Shown here piece after piece: positions 25,699 to 37,608 of a stretch of 64,000 nt of DNA. The stretch comes from Squalus acanthias (Eukaryota). The notes beneath the pieces are model-generated. The model made no database searches. It had not been told where the DNA came from and saw only the letters and a program-made list of their open reading frames with translations. Every line of letters begins with the position of its first letter. Position 1 is the stretch's first letter. The stretch covers positions 116,128,001 to 116,192,000 of the forward strand of contig CM059432.1 in assembly GCA_030390025.1 (NCBI GenBank), read 5' to 3'. A program made the translations under genes and the position numbers.

Positions 25699-27697
25699 CT
25701 ACTTGTGCATTATCTTCCTCTTACGCATGCTTCTACATGGTGCTTCCCCTGTGGCTTCAGCAGATGTGGAGGCCCCTTGCTCACTTTCTTGCTGCTCCTG
25801 TCTCGACACCTTTGGCGGGCGTCCTCTGGGGTTGCGAGCCAGTGAGGGCTCGGCAACAGTCTGCTGCTCCTGCGGCTGTGCAGGGGTTGAGACGCCAATC
25901 TCAGTTGGGTGGGGACTCTGGTGGGGCTCTGACCGAGGACTTTGCAGTGGCATGGTCGTCTGAGCACTTGGAGAGGAGCCCCCACTTCCTTGTTGTCTGC
26001 CACCAACATCCCTCTCATGGGTCAGCCCCACTTCAGAGCTAGTAAGTGGCTTGACAGCACCTTGCTGCACTTCAGGGGGGCCATGAGGACCCGTTTCTGT
26101 ACTGGAAGTCCTACTCCAGAGGACTTGCCTGAAGGTCTGGTTTCTCTGCTCAATAGCTAACCATCGCTCCTCAAGAGATGTCAGTCTATTCTGAACAATG
26201 ACCATGTTTTCCATACCCTGGCGACTAAGCTCCTCGTAGCCATCCTCTCCTCTACCGTAGCCATCCTCTCCTCTACGGTAGCCAGCCTTACCATGGAGGT
26301 AGCCATCCTTTCCACGGAGGTTGCCATCCTTTCCGTGGTGATGCGTTCATGCGCCAATGACTCCACAAAGGCTCTGCTCATTGTAGCTATGGACTCCTCC
26401 ATTCGCTCCACACTCGCAGCGACCCTGGAGACAAAACCTGCCAGAGACTCCTGCATCTGTTCCTGGAGTTCCAGCACCGCTGATCTTATGGATGGACCCA
26501 GAGGCAGAGGGTTGACATGCAGCTGAGCCAAGCTAGGAGAGTCCTGCGACCTCCGACTAGGACTCTCCACTGCTGTCCCTGTCTCCACTATCTGCTGATG
26601 TTCACTTGTGAGCTGTGATACACCAGGTGACAACACTACTCTATCTCGCAATGTTCCCTCCAAGATGTGAGTGTCTGCGCGGGTGCTGGGTGCGCTGAAT
26701 TCTGCTGATGCGGCGCCCTCAGAGGTTGCAGCTTCCTCTGAGGAGTGGTGAGGCTCATGCTCTTCCTCATGGACGGTGGGGACGGCTGCTCGCAATGGTC
26801 CTGGGGGGGAGTAAAGGAAAGAGTCAGAGATGTGAGTCCAAGGTTACATGCATATTGCATATTGTAGATGATCATAAGTCAGTCTGCTGGAGCATCAGAA
26901 TCATTATCAGTGACTCATGCAATGTCAATGAGAGAGATGATAAACTATTCTATCACCAGCTTGCTCTGATGCACCCGTCTGTCCGTCCCCCACTTGCGCA
27001 TCCTCCTCCACTCCCATGATCTCCAGGACCGCCTCCTCCCAGGTGGTGAGCTGGGGTACTGAGGGTGGCCCTCCTCCTGTCCTCGCTCTTTCCCTCTTAT
27101 TGTGAGCTCTCTTTTCCTGCAATGAGGGAGACAAGTGGAGTTTGAGTGAGATTGAAGGAGTGAGTGTCGAGAATCTATATCATTGATGTTTAGAAGGGGA
27201 CAAATTCAGAGTGAGGTGGCAAGACCATGGGCCCTCCCTGTGTTGTAAGTTGTTTTCATAGCATCACAGTGATAGGGAGTGTGAGGACTGCATAGTCGAA
27301 TAGTTAGGTGAATGTGACCATACAGAGAGAGGGAATGGGTAAGGGTGCAGGGATGTCAGTGTCAAGTGGGATGTGGAGGAAGAGGTTGTCAAAGCTGAGT
27401 GCTGGTGAGGAGAGGCAATGGGGATCAGAATGAGGGTGATGGGAAATTCATACTCACTTTTCCAGTGCGCAGCAGGTCATGAAACCTCTTCCTGCACTGA
27501 AGCCAGGTCCTGCGGGTTATGGACAACGAGTTGACCTCCTCTGCCACCTGGATCCACACAGCCTTGGTTTGATGGGAAGGCTTCTTCCTCCCTGAAGAAG
27601 GGAAGAGCACCTCCTTATTAGCTCTGGCTCCCTCAATTAAAGCTTGCAGGGCGACATCATCAAATCAAGGTGCAGACCTAGGTCTCTGGCTGGCCAT
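25699..27697 (-). pseudogene. Myb/SANT-like gene of Harbinger B: exons 27697-27458, 27116-26957, 26800-25699 (about 500 aa reconstructed)
   Basis: MASQRPRSAP*FDD..W.QVAEEVN..RTWLQCRKRFHDL|EKRAHN..TGGG. GT-AG introns of phase 0 and 1. One TGA at codon 11 and one frameshift near 26225. Confidence 0.85.
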
Positions 27698-27790
27698 TCT
27701 TCCTGCAGGTGCCTCTAACATACAAAGGCAGAAGCTTGGCAGTCTGCAGAGGAAGCAAGGCTTGTTGCAGACCTTAAATGCTGCAGCAAT

Positions 27791-27802
27791 GATGACGTCA
27801 TC
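27791..27802. promoter_or_regulatory. CRE-like palindrome GATGACGTCATC upstream of the Myb gene (also 32071-32082)
   Basis: TGACGTCA lies about 95 bp upstream of the ATG, followed by a TTTAA tract. Decayed versions near 7250 and 13617. Confidence 0.45.
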
Positions 27803-27976
27803 GGAAGCGACTTTCAGACTGGAAAAACTCACTGGTCGTGGGTTCCCACACGTTGGAACTCAATTGGCCAATTATGTTAAAATTGCATCAATCTCCCACA
27901 TCGATTTAAATTCGGGTGGCTAACACGAAATGCGGATTACACGACATCAGCCCGCCCCTGAATCAAAATCCAGCCC

Positions 27977-28866
27977 AATGTATTTGTTTAATTTCTCTGC
28001 CATTTCCTTATTCCCCATTATAACATCTCCTGTCTCAGCCTGTAAGGGACCCACATTTACTTTCACTAATCTTTTCCTTTTTGCATACCAATAAAAGCTT
28101 TTACAGTCTGTTTTTATGTCTCTTGCTAGTTTACTCTCATATTCTATTTTCCCTTTCTTTATCAATTTCTTGGTCCTCCTTTGCTGAATTCTAAAATCCT
28201 CCTAATCCTCAGGCTTACTATTCTTTTTGGCAAAATTATAAGCCTCTTCCTTTAATCTAATACTATCTTTAACTTCTCTTGTTAGCCACGGTTGGACCAC
28301 TTTTCCTGTGGGGTTTTTGTGCCTTAAAGGAATGTATATTTGTTGTAAATTATGTATTAATTCTTTAAATGCTAGCCATTGCTTGTCTACCATCATAACT
28401 TTTAATGTAGTTTCCCAATCTACTTTAGCCAATTCGCCCCTCATACCTACGTAGTTTGCTTTGTTTAGATTTAAGACACTCGTTTCGGATTTAACTAAAT
28501 CACTTTCAAACTGAATATAAAATTCTATCATATTATGGTCAATCTTCCCCAAAGGCCCCTTTACTACAAGGTTATTAATTAACCCTTTCTCATTGCACAA
28601 TACTAGATCTAAAATAACCTGTTCCCTAGTTGGTTCCTCCACTTACTGATCTAGAAAACTATCTTGCATACATTCCATGAATTCGACCTCCACACTTTTA
28701 CTGCAAATTTGGTTTGCCCAGTGTATATGTAGATTACAGTCCCCCATGATCACTGTATTACCCTTGTTACATGCGCCTCTAATTTCCTGATTTATACTCT
28801 GCCCTACATTACAACTACTGTTTGGGGGCCTATAAATAACTCCCAACAATGTTTTCTGCCCCTTGT
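27977..28866 (-). mobile_element. CR1 LINE endonuclease/linker fragment
   Basis: YRPPN, EPTREQVILDLV and DHNMIEF motifs. Closely similar to 48400-49260. Confidence 0.9.
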
Positions 28867-29320
28867 CCCTATGTAAGCCTGGCCCACTGTTGTTTCAGCC
28901 ACTTACACAAAGTAATAATCACTCAACTCATCACTCTCTCACCTAATCCCGTCTGTATCTCAACCACCATCTCTCTCTCAAAGAGCCCAGTCTCTCGCTC
29001 ACCCTTCTTTCTCAACCCCCTTCTACCTAACCTTTCTCTTCCTCTCAGCCATCCTGCTCTCTCAATCCTGTCTCTCTGAACCTCCTCTTTATATCCCATC
29101 TGTCTCTCAGGTTATCCCCCTTCTATCCTCCATTACTATCTGTTTCCCTCAACGAGACTTTGCTTGCTTTCAAAATTCAACTTAAAAAAAGTCAAATTAG
29201 AATGAGGAAATAAACTGTTAGTCTGCGTTTCTCTTTATTTGTATCTTTGTGATTTTCTATCTTCTCTGTCATACTTGTTAGAAATTAGAACCTATGTCTA
29301 ACTTACGCCCACTGAGTCCA

Positions 29321-32300
29321 GGGGCTCGATTTTGCCAGGCCCGAGGAGGCAGGATTGGAGGCGTGTGAGGTGGTAAAATCGCAAAAACTGGCGGGCGGGC
29401 CCGATCCCGACTCCATCCCGCCTCCGAGCAATTTTTCCACATGCGAGTTTTCTGACCCCATCTCCATCCCGCCTCCAAGAGGCGGGATAGGCCCTTAAGG
29501 CCCTTAACAACCAGTTAAGTGCCTCTATAATCCCATTTTGAGAGGCCTTTCTGATTTTACCACTTTTCCCACGTGCTTCACGCCTCCTCTGAATCACGCC
29601 AGTGAATCCTGGCAGCAACACAAGTGGATTGCTTACTAAGAGCTGCAGCTCCACCATTAAAAAGGAATTTTCTGCAATCTTCATTTGCAGGTGGCAGAAC
29701 TTTGTTGTCTCAGGTCTGGGGGAACTTTTAGCAGGCATACCCATTGTTGTGGAAGTTTGGAGCCTGACACCCATCTCCAGTGTGACCTCCTGGGAAACCC
29801 CTCTCGCCACCTTGACTGAGCGCTTCCTCAACTGAGGCATATACAAGAAGCATGGGAACCATTTATTTCCTTTCCTCCTGGACATCAGATTCGGACGAAG
29901 ACCAGCCGTGGCAGCAGCAGAACCATGAACAACAGCAGCACCAACAGCAGCAGCATCAACAGGAGTGCCAAGCTGCTGCTCACCCACCTGAAGCTGCACA
30001 GGCCAGAAGGCGCCAGTGCGCGACCACATTGCTGCCCGGGATGCAAGGGACGCACTTGACCAGATTTGCTGAGCCTGCACAATCAAACACTTTTGCCTCG
30101 CACCTTCTTATCAGACCATCGACAATGGCCAAGATCCTGCGGATTCCTATCACTCTGACCACCATACTGACAATTGCAAGTCATCCTAATCTCTCAGTGT
30201 GGAAGTCCCACTTGCGAAATGACAGACGCCACAACTTCAGCAGTTTGCCAGCAGAATTTTTTATCACACCAAGCAAGTGCTGGCATTTCAAGATTAAACA
30301 CAACATTACACTCAAGTGACTACCCTTGTGCCTACTTGTGTATTATTTTTCTTTTACGCGTGCTCCTACGTGGTGCTTCCCCTGTGGCTTCAGCAGATGT
30401 GGAGGCCCCTTGCTCACTTTCTTGCTGCTCTTGTCTCGACACCTTTGGTGGGCGTCCTCTGGGGTTGCGAGCCTGTGAGGGCTCGGCAACAGTCTGCTGC
30501 TCCTGTGGCTGTGTGGGGGTTTGAGACGCCGATCTCAGTTGGGTGGGGACTCTGGTGGGGCTCTGACCGAGGGCTCTGCAGTGGCATGGAAGTGTGAGCG
30601 CTTGGAGAGGAGCCCCCACTTCCTTGTTGTCTGCCACCAACTTCCCTCTCATGGGTCAGGTCCACCTCAGCGCCTGCAAGTGGCTTGAGAGCACCTTGCT
30701 GCACATCAGGGGGGGCCATGGGGACCCGTCTCTGCACTGGCAGTCCTACTCAAAAGGACTTCCATGAAGCTCTGGTTTCTCTGTTCAATAGCTGACCATC
30801 GCTCCTCCAGAGATGTCAGTCTATTCTGAACACTCACCATGTTTTCCTCACTCCGGCGACTTACTGCCTACATGGCCATAGCCAGCCTTTCCACAGAGGT
30901 TGCCATCCTTTCCGTGGTGCTGCGTTCATGCATCAACGCCTCCACAAAGGCTCTGCTCATGTTAGCGAGGGACTCCTCCATTTGCTCCACACTCGCAGCT
31001 ACCCTAGAGACAAAACCTGCCAGAGACACCTACACCTGTTCCGGGAGTTCCAGCACCGCTGTTCTTCTGGATGGACCCGGAGGCACAGGGTCGACATGCA
31101 GCTGAGCCGAGCTGGCAGAGTCCTGCGCCCTCTGACGAGGACTCTCCACTGCTGTCCCTGTCTCCACCATCTGCTGATGCTCACTTGTGAGCTGTGATAC
31201 ACCAGGTGACAACACTACTCAATCTCGCGAGGGTCCCACCGAGGTGTGAGTGTCTGCGCTGTTGCTGGGTGCTCTGAATTCTGCTGAGGCTGCGCCCTCA
31301 GGGGTTGCAGCTTCCTCTGAGGAGTGTGGAAGCTCAGGCTGTTCCTCCTGGACAGTGGGGACGGGGGTTTTGGATGGTCCTGTGGGGGAGTAAAGGAAAG
31401 AGTTAGAGATGTGAGGTCATGGTTACATGAACATTGAATAGTGCAGATGATCATAAGTCAATCAGTTAGTGCTTCAGCTTCATTGTCAGTGACTCATGCA
31501 ATGTCAATGAGAGAGATGCCAAACTATTCTGTCACCAGCTTGCTGTGATGCACCCGTCTGTCCGTCCCCTACTTGCGCATCCTCCTCCACTCCCACAATC
31601 TCCAGGGCCGCCTCCTCTGCAGGGGTGAGCTGAGCTACTGAGGGTGGCCCTCCTCCTGTCCTCGCCCTCTCCCTCTCCTTGTGGGCTCTCTTTTCCTGCA
31701 ATGAGGGACACAAGTGGAGTTTGAGTGAAAATGAAGGAGTGTAGAGATTCCATACCATCGATGCTTAGAAGGAGACAAAGATGGAGTGAGGTGCCAGGAC
31801 CAAGGGCCCTCCCTGTGTGTTGCAAGTTATTGTCATAGCATCACAGCAATAGGGAGTGTGAGGGCTGCATAGTCGAATAGCTAAGTGAATGTGAGCATAC
31901 AGAGAGCGGGAATAGGTAAGGGTGGAGGGATGTCAGTGTCAAGTGGGATGTGGAGGAAGAGGTTTGCTGCTGGACATCGTTGCTGAAATAAGGGCTTACA
32001 ACAATGAGCATGAAGTTTGTAGTCTGCAGAAGAAGCTAGGCTGCTTGCAAGCCTTAAATCCAGCAGCACTGATGACGTCATCGGAGGCGACTTTCAGGAT
32101 GGAAAGACTAATTGGGCCAGGGGTTCCAACATGCTGGAAATCAAGGGGTAAAAATTCACTTGGTTGCGCCACCCGTTAGCGCCTTAAGAGGGCGCTAATG
32201 GGGCGCAAAGCCTCTAACGCCCGGGCGCAGCGATGTTTGCGCCGCTCGAGAACTTAACTTGAGATTGTGCGGCGGCGCTAAAACTTACCGCTGCGACCAC

Positions 32301-33154
32301 CTGCGCGCGCAGATTGTGACGTCATTCCATGGTGCAACGCCCTTGGGGCGCCCCGTAGCGGAAATTGAGTGGCGCCCCCTGCCTTACCGCCTGGCGCTTC
32401 CAACGACCAGAAGACTGGAACGCTATCAATCGCTGTGGGGCTGGGGGGGGCGCTATTTAAAGGGGGCCTCTTCCTGTCTTTTATTGTTGGTGGCATTTTT
32501 GAACTACGCATTCTGAGAGAGAGAGGGAGAGACTTCTGGAGAGATTCAACGTTGTGTGAAGGAGTTTTGGGTACTGAGCAGCACTTTGCAGGTTCATTTT
32601 GATTTGCCATTCCTTGTATCGATTTAGCAGAGACTGTGGGAGCTGCACTCTGAGCTCTTTGCCTGGTGCTCTCCATTGTTCTTTCCAGCACATTTGATGT
32701 GCAAGTCTCTCCAGGCCGAGATTCAAGGCAGCAATGAACAGGATATGGATGGAAAGCAAGATTAACCATCCCCTTTAAGAACTGGCCCGTGCCATTGTGT
32801 GTGTGTTCCATTGCTGACTGACATTACATGAGCTTCGCCAGCGCTCCGAGTTAGCGCCTCACTGCTCGGCCTTTGCGCCTTAAGAGAGGTGTGCAGCGCC
32901 TGATTTAGCGCTCCACTCACCTCCCGGGGCGGTAAAAGTGAAGTTTCCCGTCAGTGCCGATAATTAGCGCCAGGCGCTAATATTTGCGGTTGGACGATAT
33001 TTGCGCCCCAAATGGGGCGCGACCTAATTTCTACCCCCAAGTGTCCAATTAGGGGAAAATCGCAATTTTTCCCCACATCTCATTGGAGTCGGGTGGCTAA
33101 GACGAAAACCAGCTGACACGCCCCCAGCCCACCCCAATGGCAAAATCGAGCCCC
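29321..33154 (-). mobile_element. Harbinger element C, a sister of B lacking Myb exon 1, with a nested MITE
   Basis: TIRs GGGGCTCGATTTTGCC / GGCAAAATCGAGCCCC. Collinear with B until about 31962. Confidence 0.9.
32145..33037. mobile_element. Harbinger-type MITE, 893 bp, copy 2
   Basis: Same TIRs as copy 1, 3-bp TSD CAA. Confidence 0.92.
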
Positions 33155-33168
33155 TAGCTTCCACTCCA

Positions 33169-35266
33169 AGGGGGAAATTTTGCCCGCCCTGGGGAGGCGG
33201 GTATGGAGGTGGGACTGCCGGGAAAATGGCAGAAACTGGGAGCAGGTACTGAACCCACTCTCAACCCGCCTCTGTGCCATCTTCCCGGGAGGCAGGTCCC
33301 CGAGTCGCGCAGGGACCCGTCTCCTCGAGGTGGGAAAGGGATTACAGCCATTTAACTGCAGGCAGTTAAGAGGATTATCCCCATTTTACCCCTGCAAGTG
33401 CGGGCTTCCCAACAGCTGCTGTGAAGGAATAAGCCATATTCAGAAAAATACACCATCCTATGAATGAATTTTGACTTTATTAAAACATGACAAACTGGGC
33501 TTGAAAATCTAAAAGCCTCAACAATGGAAAAGCTGTAAACAGCATACAGGCTATTGAGATACGTTAAGTTGTTGACACTGAATCAATAGCCTTATTGAAA
33601 CAGGAGGTTGGAGGTTCCTGAAAGTCTGAAGCTTCGGAAAGAACACAATGGTATACCCTGTTAAGGTGTTTTAAAGTACACTTTGTAAACAAACACAGAA
33701 AATTAAGAAACATATGCCTTCGTGGGAATGGCATCAAGTGGGGGAGGCACCAGTCGTCACATTGTTTTTGTGTTGAACTTGGAACACCTAGGAGACACGA
33801 TTCTGTGTTGCAACCAGCTGAGGTGACTTAAGAATTGCATAGAAGACCTTCGTAAGAATGACATCAAATAGATGCACCAGCCATCACATTGTTTTTGTGT
33901 TAAGCTTGAGACACCGACACAGGAGACGTAATTCTTAATGCTACCAGCTGAACTGACTGTAAGAATAGCAGAAGTCAGCAGAAAAATAACTAGAGATAAT
34001 TAGCTTACATCAGCAGAAAACTTCAAAGGAAATAGCACTGAGAAAGGGTATAAAAATTTAACTTTCAAATGGGAAGATAGATTTGCTATAAAGGGGCAAA
34101 GCCATTCTCGGCTTCAGAGCTAGCTCTGTAAGTCTTCAACTCTTTGTATCTTGGGGATCAAGGTACTTGTATTTGATTTTGGTGGATATCCTGGAATAAA
34201 CTAAGAACTGTAAAACTAGCGAAGCTAAGATTTGAGAATAAGGATCTCTGATAATAGAATTATAAGATTTCTGTTTTTGGAACTGTTAATGTTGCGATTG
34301 AATCACCAACTGTAAATTACATGTCGCTTCTTTAATAAATCTATATATTTTTAGAATTGTCTCACATAATACTTCTGTATCAAACTCACAAACTCAATCT
34401 CTGTACGCTCTTTGGTGAGGAGTTGCAGAATTCTGGGGGAGTTATCCGGACCCTCATAATATCCGGAACGTTACAGTCTAGCTAAACTTATTAAAACTGC
34501 TATCTGGAGGAGGGTAACATCTTCAGGTTGTTCCTTTCCTTTAGGGAGAGATAGTCTGGACCTTTAGACCCAATTAAGCGTCTTTAGGATTCGGCTACCT
34601 CTAACTTTAGTTGAAAGTGAATGTCTGGGGAATACGCCTGATCCGGGGTAGCCCTAAAGGGGCTAGGACTAGTAATTATCCCTTCACTGCAAACCTCGCC
34701 AGGGTCAGCAAGGCGAGCAGTGGGTCTGCAGGGGTGAGAGGGATCGAAAAGTGCGCTGTGGAGGTGAGTGATGGGTGCAAGTGTGGAGAGGTAAGTATGA
34801 GAGGTGAGTGTAAAGTGTTAGAAAAAGTTTACTTACCTTTGTTTCTTCCTGCAGGCTTCAACCCTTGGGGATCCGGAGGTGCCTCATCTCAACAGCAAAG
34901 ATTGCAGAATGGCTGCTGCATTCTCAGATACAGCAGCCATCTGACTTCTGCTGAGGAAAGAGGTTTGGTGAGTCTTCAGTACAAGGACTCACCTTAGAAC
35001 AGAGATTGTCAGTGTTTGACAGCTTCTCTAAGCTGTCAAATGCTGACAATTCATCTGTCAAAATTTTTTGACAGATGAAACCTCATACGCTGACGTCCTC
35101 TGTCACCGGCTTTCCCTTAATTGGCCTGCTAAACCCACAGGGTGGGCTTAACAAGGTCAATCAAGGGAAAGTAGCGTGGGTTGGCCGGACGTCGTTGGGG
35201 GCGGGACTAAAACCCGAAAACCAGCAGTCCCACCCCAACACGCCCCCATTGACAAAATCCAGCCCC
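33169..35266. mobile_element. Older Harbinger-like non-autonomous element hosting a solo LTR
   Basis: Ends GGGGGAAATTTTG / CAAAATCCAGCCCC. GC-rich subterminal arms and an internal hairpin near 35006-35050. Confidence 0.55.
33420..34686 (+). mobile_element. Solo LTR, 1267 bp
   Basis: TGTGAAGG...CCTTCA with a CTGC TSD. TATAAA near 34087, AATAAA near 34195 and 34334. Confidence 0.8.
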
Positions 35267-36188
35267 ACGTATCCATATGGTTTTGTCTCAGGTTGCAATC
35301 TATCTCAGAAGGGTTATGGTTGGGGAGAGGGACTCCCAGACCAGGAGTTTCTTTGGCCCCGGCTTGGGAATCCACCAGCAGACTAGTTTTCCAAGTGAGA
35401 AGAGATGTACTGGCCTGCTGTAAAAGGCTCACCTGAAGGTCTAGTCTTGGACACTTGAAGGTTTTGAGGACTTTTAAGATATTTCTGGGCCCCTTGTAAA
35501 GGGAATTAATGAGGGCTCTGCTTCCCCTCTTCTAGGCCGGTAGTGAAAGTGGGGCTAGTAGTGCACAGTGTTGCATTTCCGGCCCCCCTTATTCTGGCAA
35601 GCGCCTGAGATGTGACCCTAGTGACACAGCTGCCCGCCAACAATATTTAAATATGGTGGCCTCCCCCTGACTCTTCGTAATCTAGTAGGGTCAGGAGCAG
35701 AGGTCACCGACGAGTTAATCCCAGGATTTAAGGTGGAATGTAGGCCCTGTTTTTGGCCCCATACAATCTTACATCCAACATGCATCCATCACACCTTGAA
35801 GTGCCCCACTTGAAAAGCATCACACTTGACAGTGTGAGTCACAATTGCTCCTGATTAGCTCAAATTTAATTTTCGTAAAACAGCAACAAATCATTACTGA
35901 AAAGGTATGAACTGCATCCTGTTTTGTCACTAGCCGGAGGTGGTTTCCAACATAAAATATATTCTAAAAAAGTGACGTAATTTATAAAAAACCTCATTAA
36001 ATTTACCTAAAGAGTTGTTTTTTTTTGAATATTTGAAATATCTCCATTTATGTCCCCATTTGTTAACCTGTTCCTATGACCGAAGTCTAGGCTTTAACTT
36101 TCGTGGAATTCCTCAGGTCTCAGAGTGAAGACATTCTATTAAATTGTAAAGTTCCTCGAGTGTCGCTCTGTATATGTCACTCTGGCAG

Positions 36189-36275
36189 ACGACAGCTCCC
36201 TCTTCCAGTCTAACTCAGTCGTGGACTGTGACAGTGGGGTTTACAAACAGGAAGCCATTTCTTGCTTTGGGAATG
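36189..36275 (+). CDS. Candidate internal coding exon of an unidentified host gene (87 nt)
   Basis: ctctggcag acceptor and G|gtcagt donor in non-repeat DNA. The phase 1-1 frame reads DDSSLFQSNSVVDCDSGVYKQEAISCFGN with C-rich third positions. Confidence 0.4.
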
Positions 36276-36933
36276 GTCAGTCAGTCTTGCATGTTTTAAA
36301 ATAAAAACTTTCTGGTTCCTTTATGATCCAAATTGAACAAACAAAAAATAATTTGTCCCACATGCAACTTTCTGATTGGAATTTGGACCTCGGAAATGTA
36401 TTTTCTCTCAGACCAGCAGTTATTGCTTGCTGTGTTCCTGGTGCTATTAAATAAATACTTCACTATTGAAGTCTGATGGTTTAAATTTGAAAATGCTGTA
36501 TCCTGCTCCCCTTCCTCTGTTATGCTCCACTTCCCCTGCTCCTGCTGTGTTGCCCTCCCCATCTCCCTGGTGTACTTCTCTCCCTCGGCCTGCTCATTGT
36601 GCTACTCTCTTCAGCCCACTCTGCGCTCTGCTCCTTGGCCTCCACTCCCTCCTAATTAGCTCCCCAGCACTTCCCCACACTGCGTGCTGCTCTCTCCCTG
36701 CTCTCCTTCCCTACTGTGCTTTTAAAATAAAACCCGCACTGAATCTGATTGATGGAAAACGCAGAGCTTTCCTGTGACATTTTTTTAAATTTCTACGTAA
36801 CAGGACAGACTGTAAGTCACTCCTAACGTTGCTGCTCATAGAAATAGCAATCTCTAGCCTCAGGGAGCTAGAGAGCGGCATATGTGTGGTTTAATTTAAC
36901 TTATCGTTTCAAATAATAAGTTGAAAACATGAT

Positions 36934-37608
36934 GGGCCAGAAATTCGGCTCCCTGGCTTCCCGCGGGTGCAAGGATCGTGCACGCACCTACCTACCGCGC
37001 CTGCCGTTGAACTCTGGGCCCACGGGGACTTCAGCTTCTGGGCCTCCTCCAACTGCCGGCGCGCAGGGCTTGCGTATCCCAGGGGCGTAGTTAGTGGGAT
37101 CACGTGGGCCATGGAGAGCCAATGGCAGCAGACCATCTTTCATTCATAGATTTGACAGGACCTGTCAAATCTATGAATACAGATCGGCCCCAAAACATCC
37201 CTAAAACTACATTAAATTTTTGAAAAAATTAATTACACTTTTTAACAGGGCTAAAACTAAACTTACCTTTCTTTAAAGTAATTAAAAAAGATAAATCTGT
37301 GAAAAAAATGTTTAAATTTTAATAAAATCAACACTTACCTTGTTAAAAGAAGGCCTTGCGCCTCCTTTTTCAATGTGTATCTTCTCCGTGCTTACCCTCA
37401 CGGAGGAACCTGTAAAAAAACCCGAAGTGCCAGGCGAACGCGCTGGCCCTCCGGCGTGCGCGTTCGACCTCTGAACCCCTTCCTTCAGGGGAACGGAAGT
37501 GCCGGTTTCCCGTGCATGCGCAGTGCATGCAAGAAACCGGCACTTTCGTTCCGTCCACGGGTGAGTACATAGTGCGTACTCACCCGTGGCGAGCCTAATT
37601 TCTGCCCC
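36934..37608. mobile_element. Harbinger-type MITE rich in internal palindromes
   Basis: TIRs GGGCCAGAAATT / AATTTCTGCCCC. Shares GGGATCACGTGGGCC with 6462 and 61089. Confidence 0.75.

Larger units (their letters stand above)
24706..27976 (-). mobile_element. Harbinger element B (3.27 kb), Myb-like gene on -
   Basis: TIRs GGGCTCGATTTTG / CAAAATCCAGCCC. Three-exon Myb gene and a convergent stub beginning MGTIYFLSSWTSDSDED. Confidence 0.9.

Noticed and set aside
29298..30086. 262-aa minus-strand ORF
   Set aside because: It runs antisense through the CAG tract and the TIR of Harbinger C, and it is broken in sister element B.
24706..33154. Tandem segmental duplication
   Set aside because: Similarity stops at the TIRs and the flanks differ, so these are separate transposon copies.
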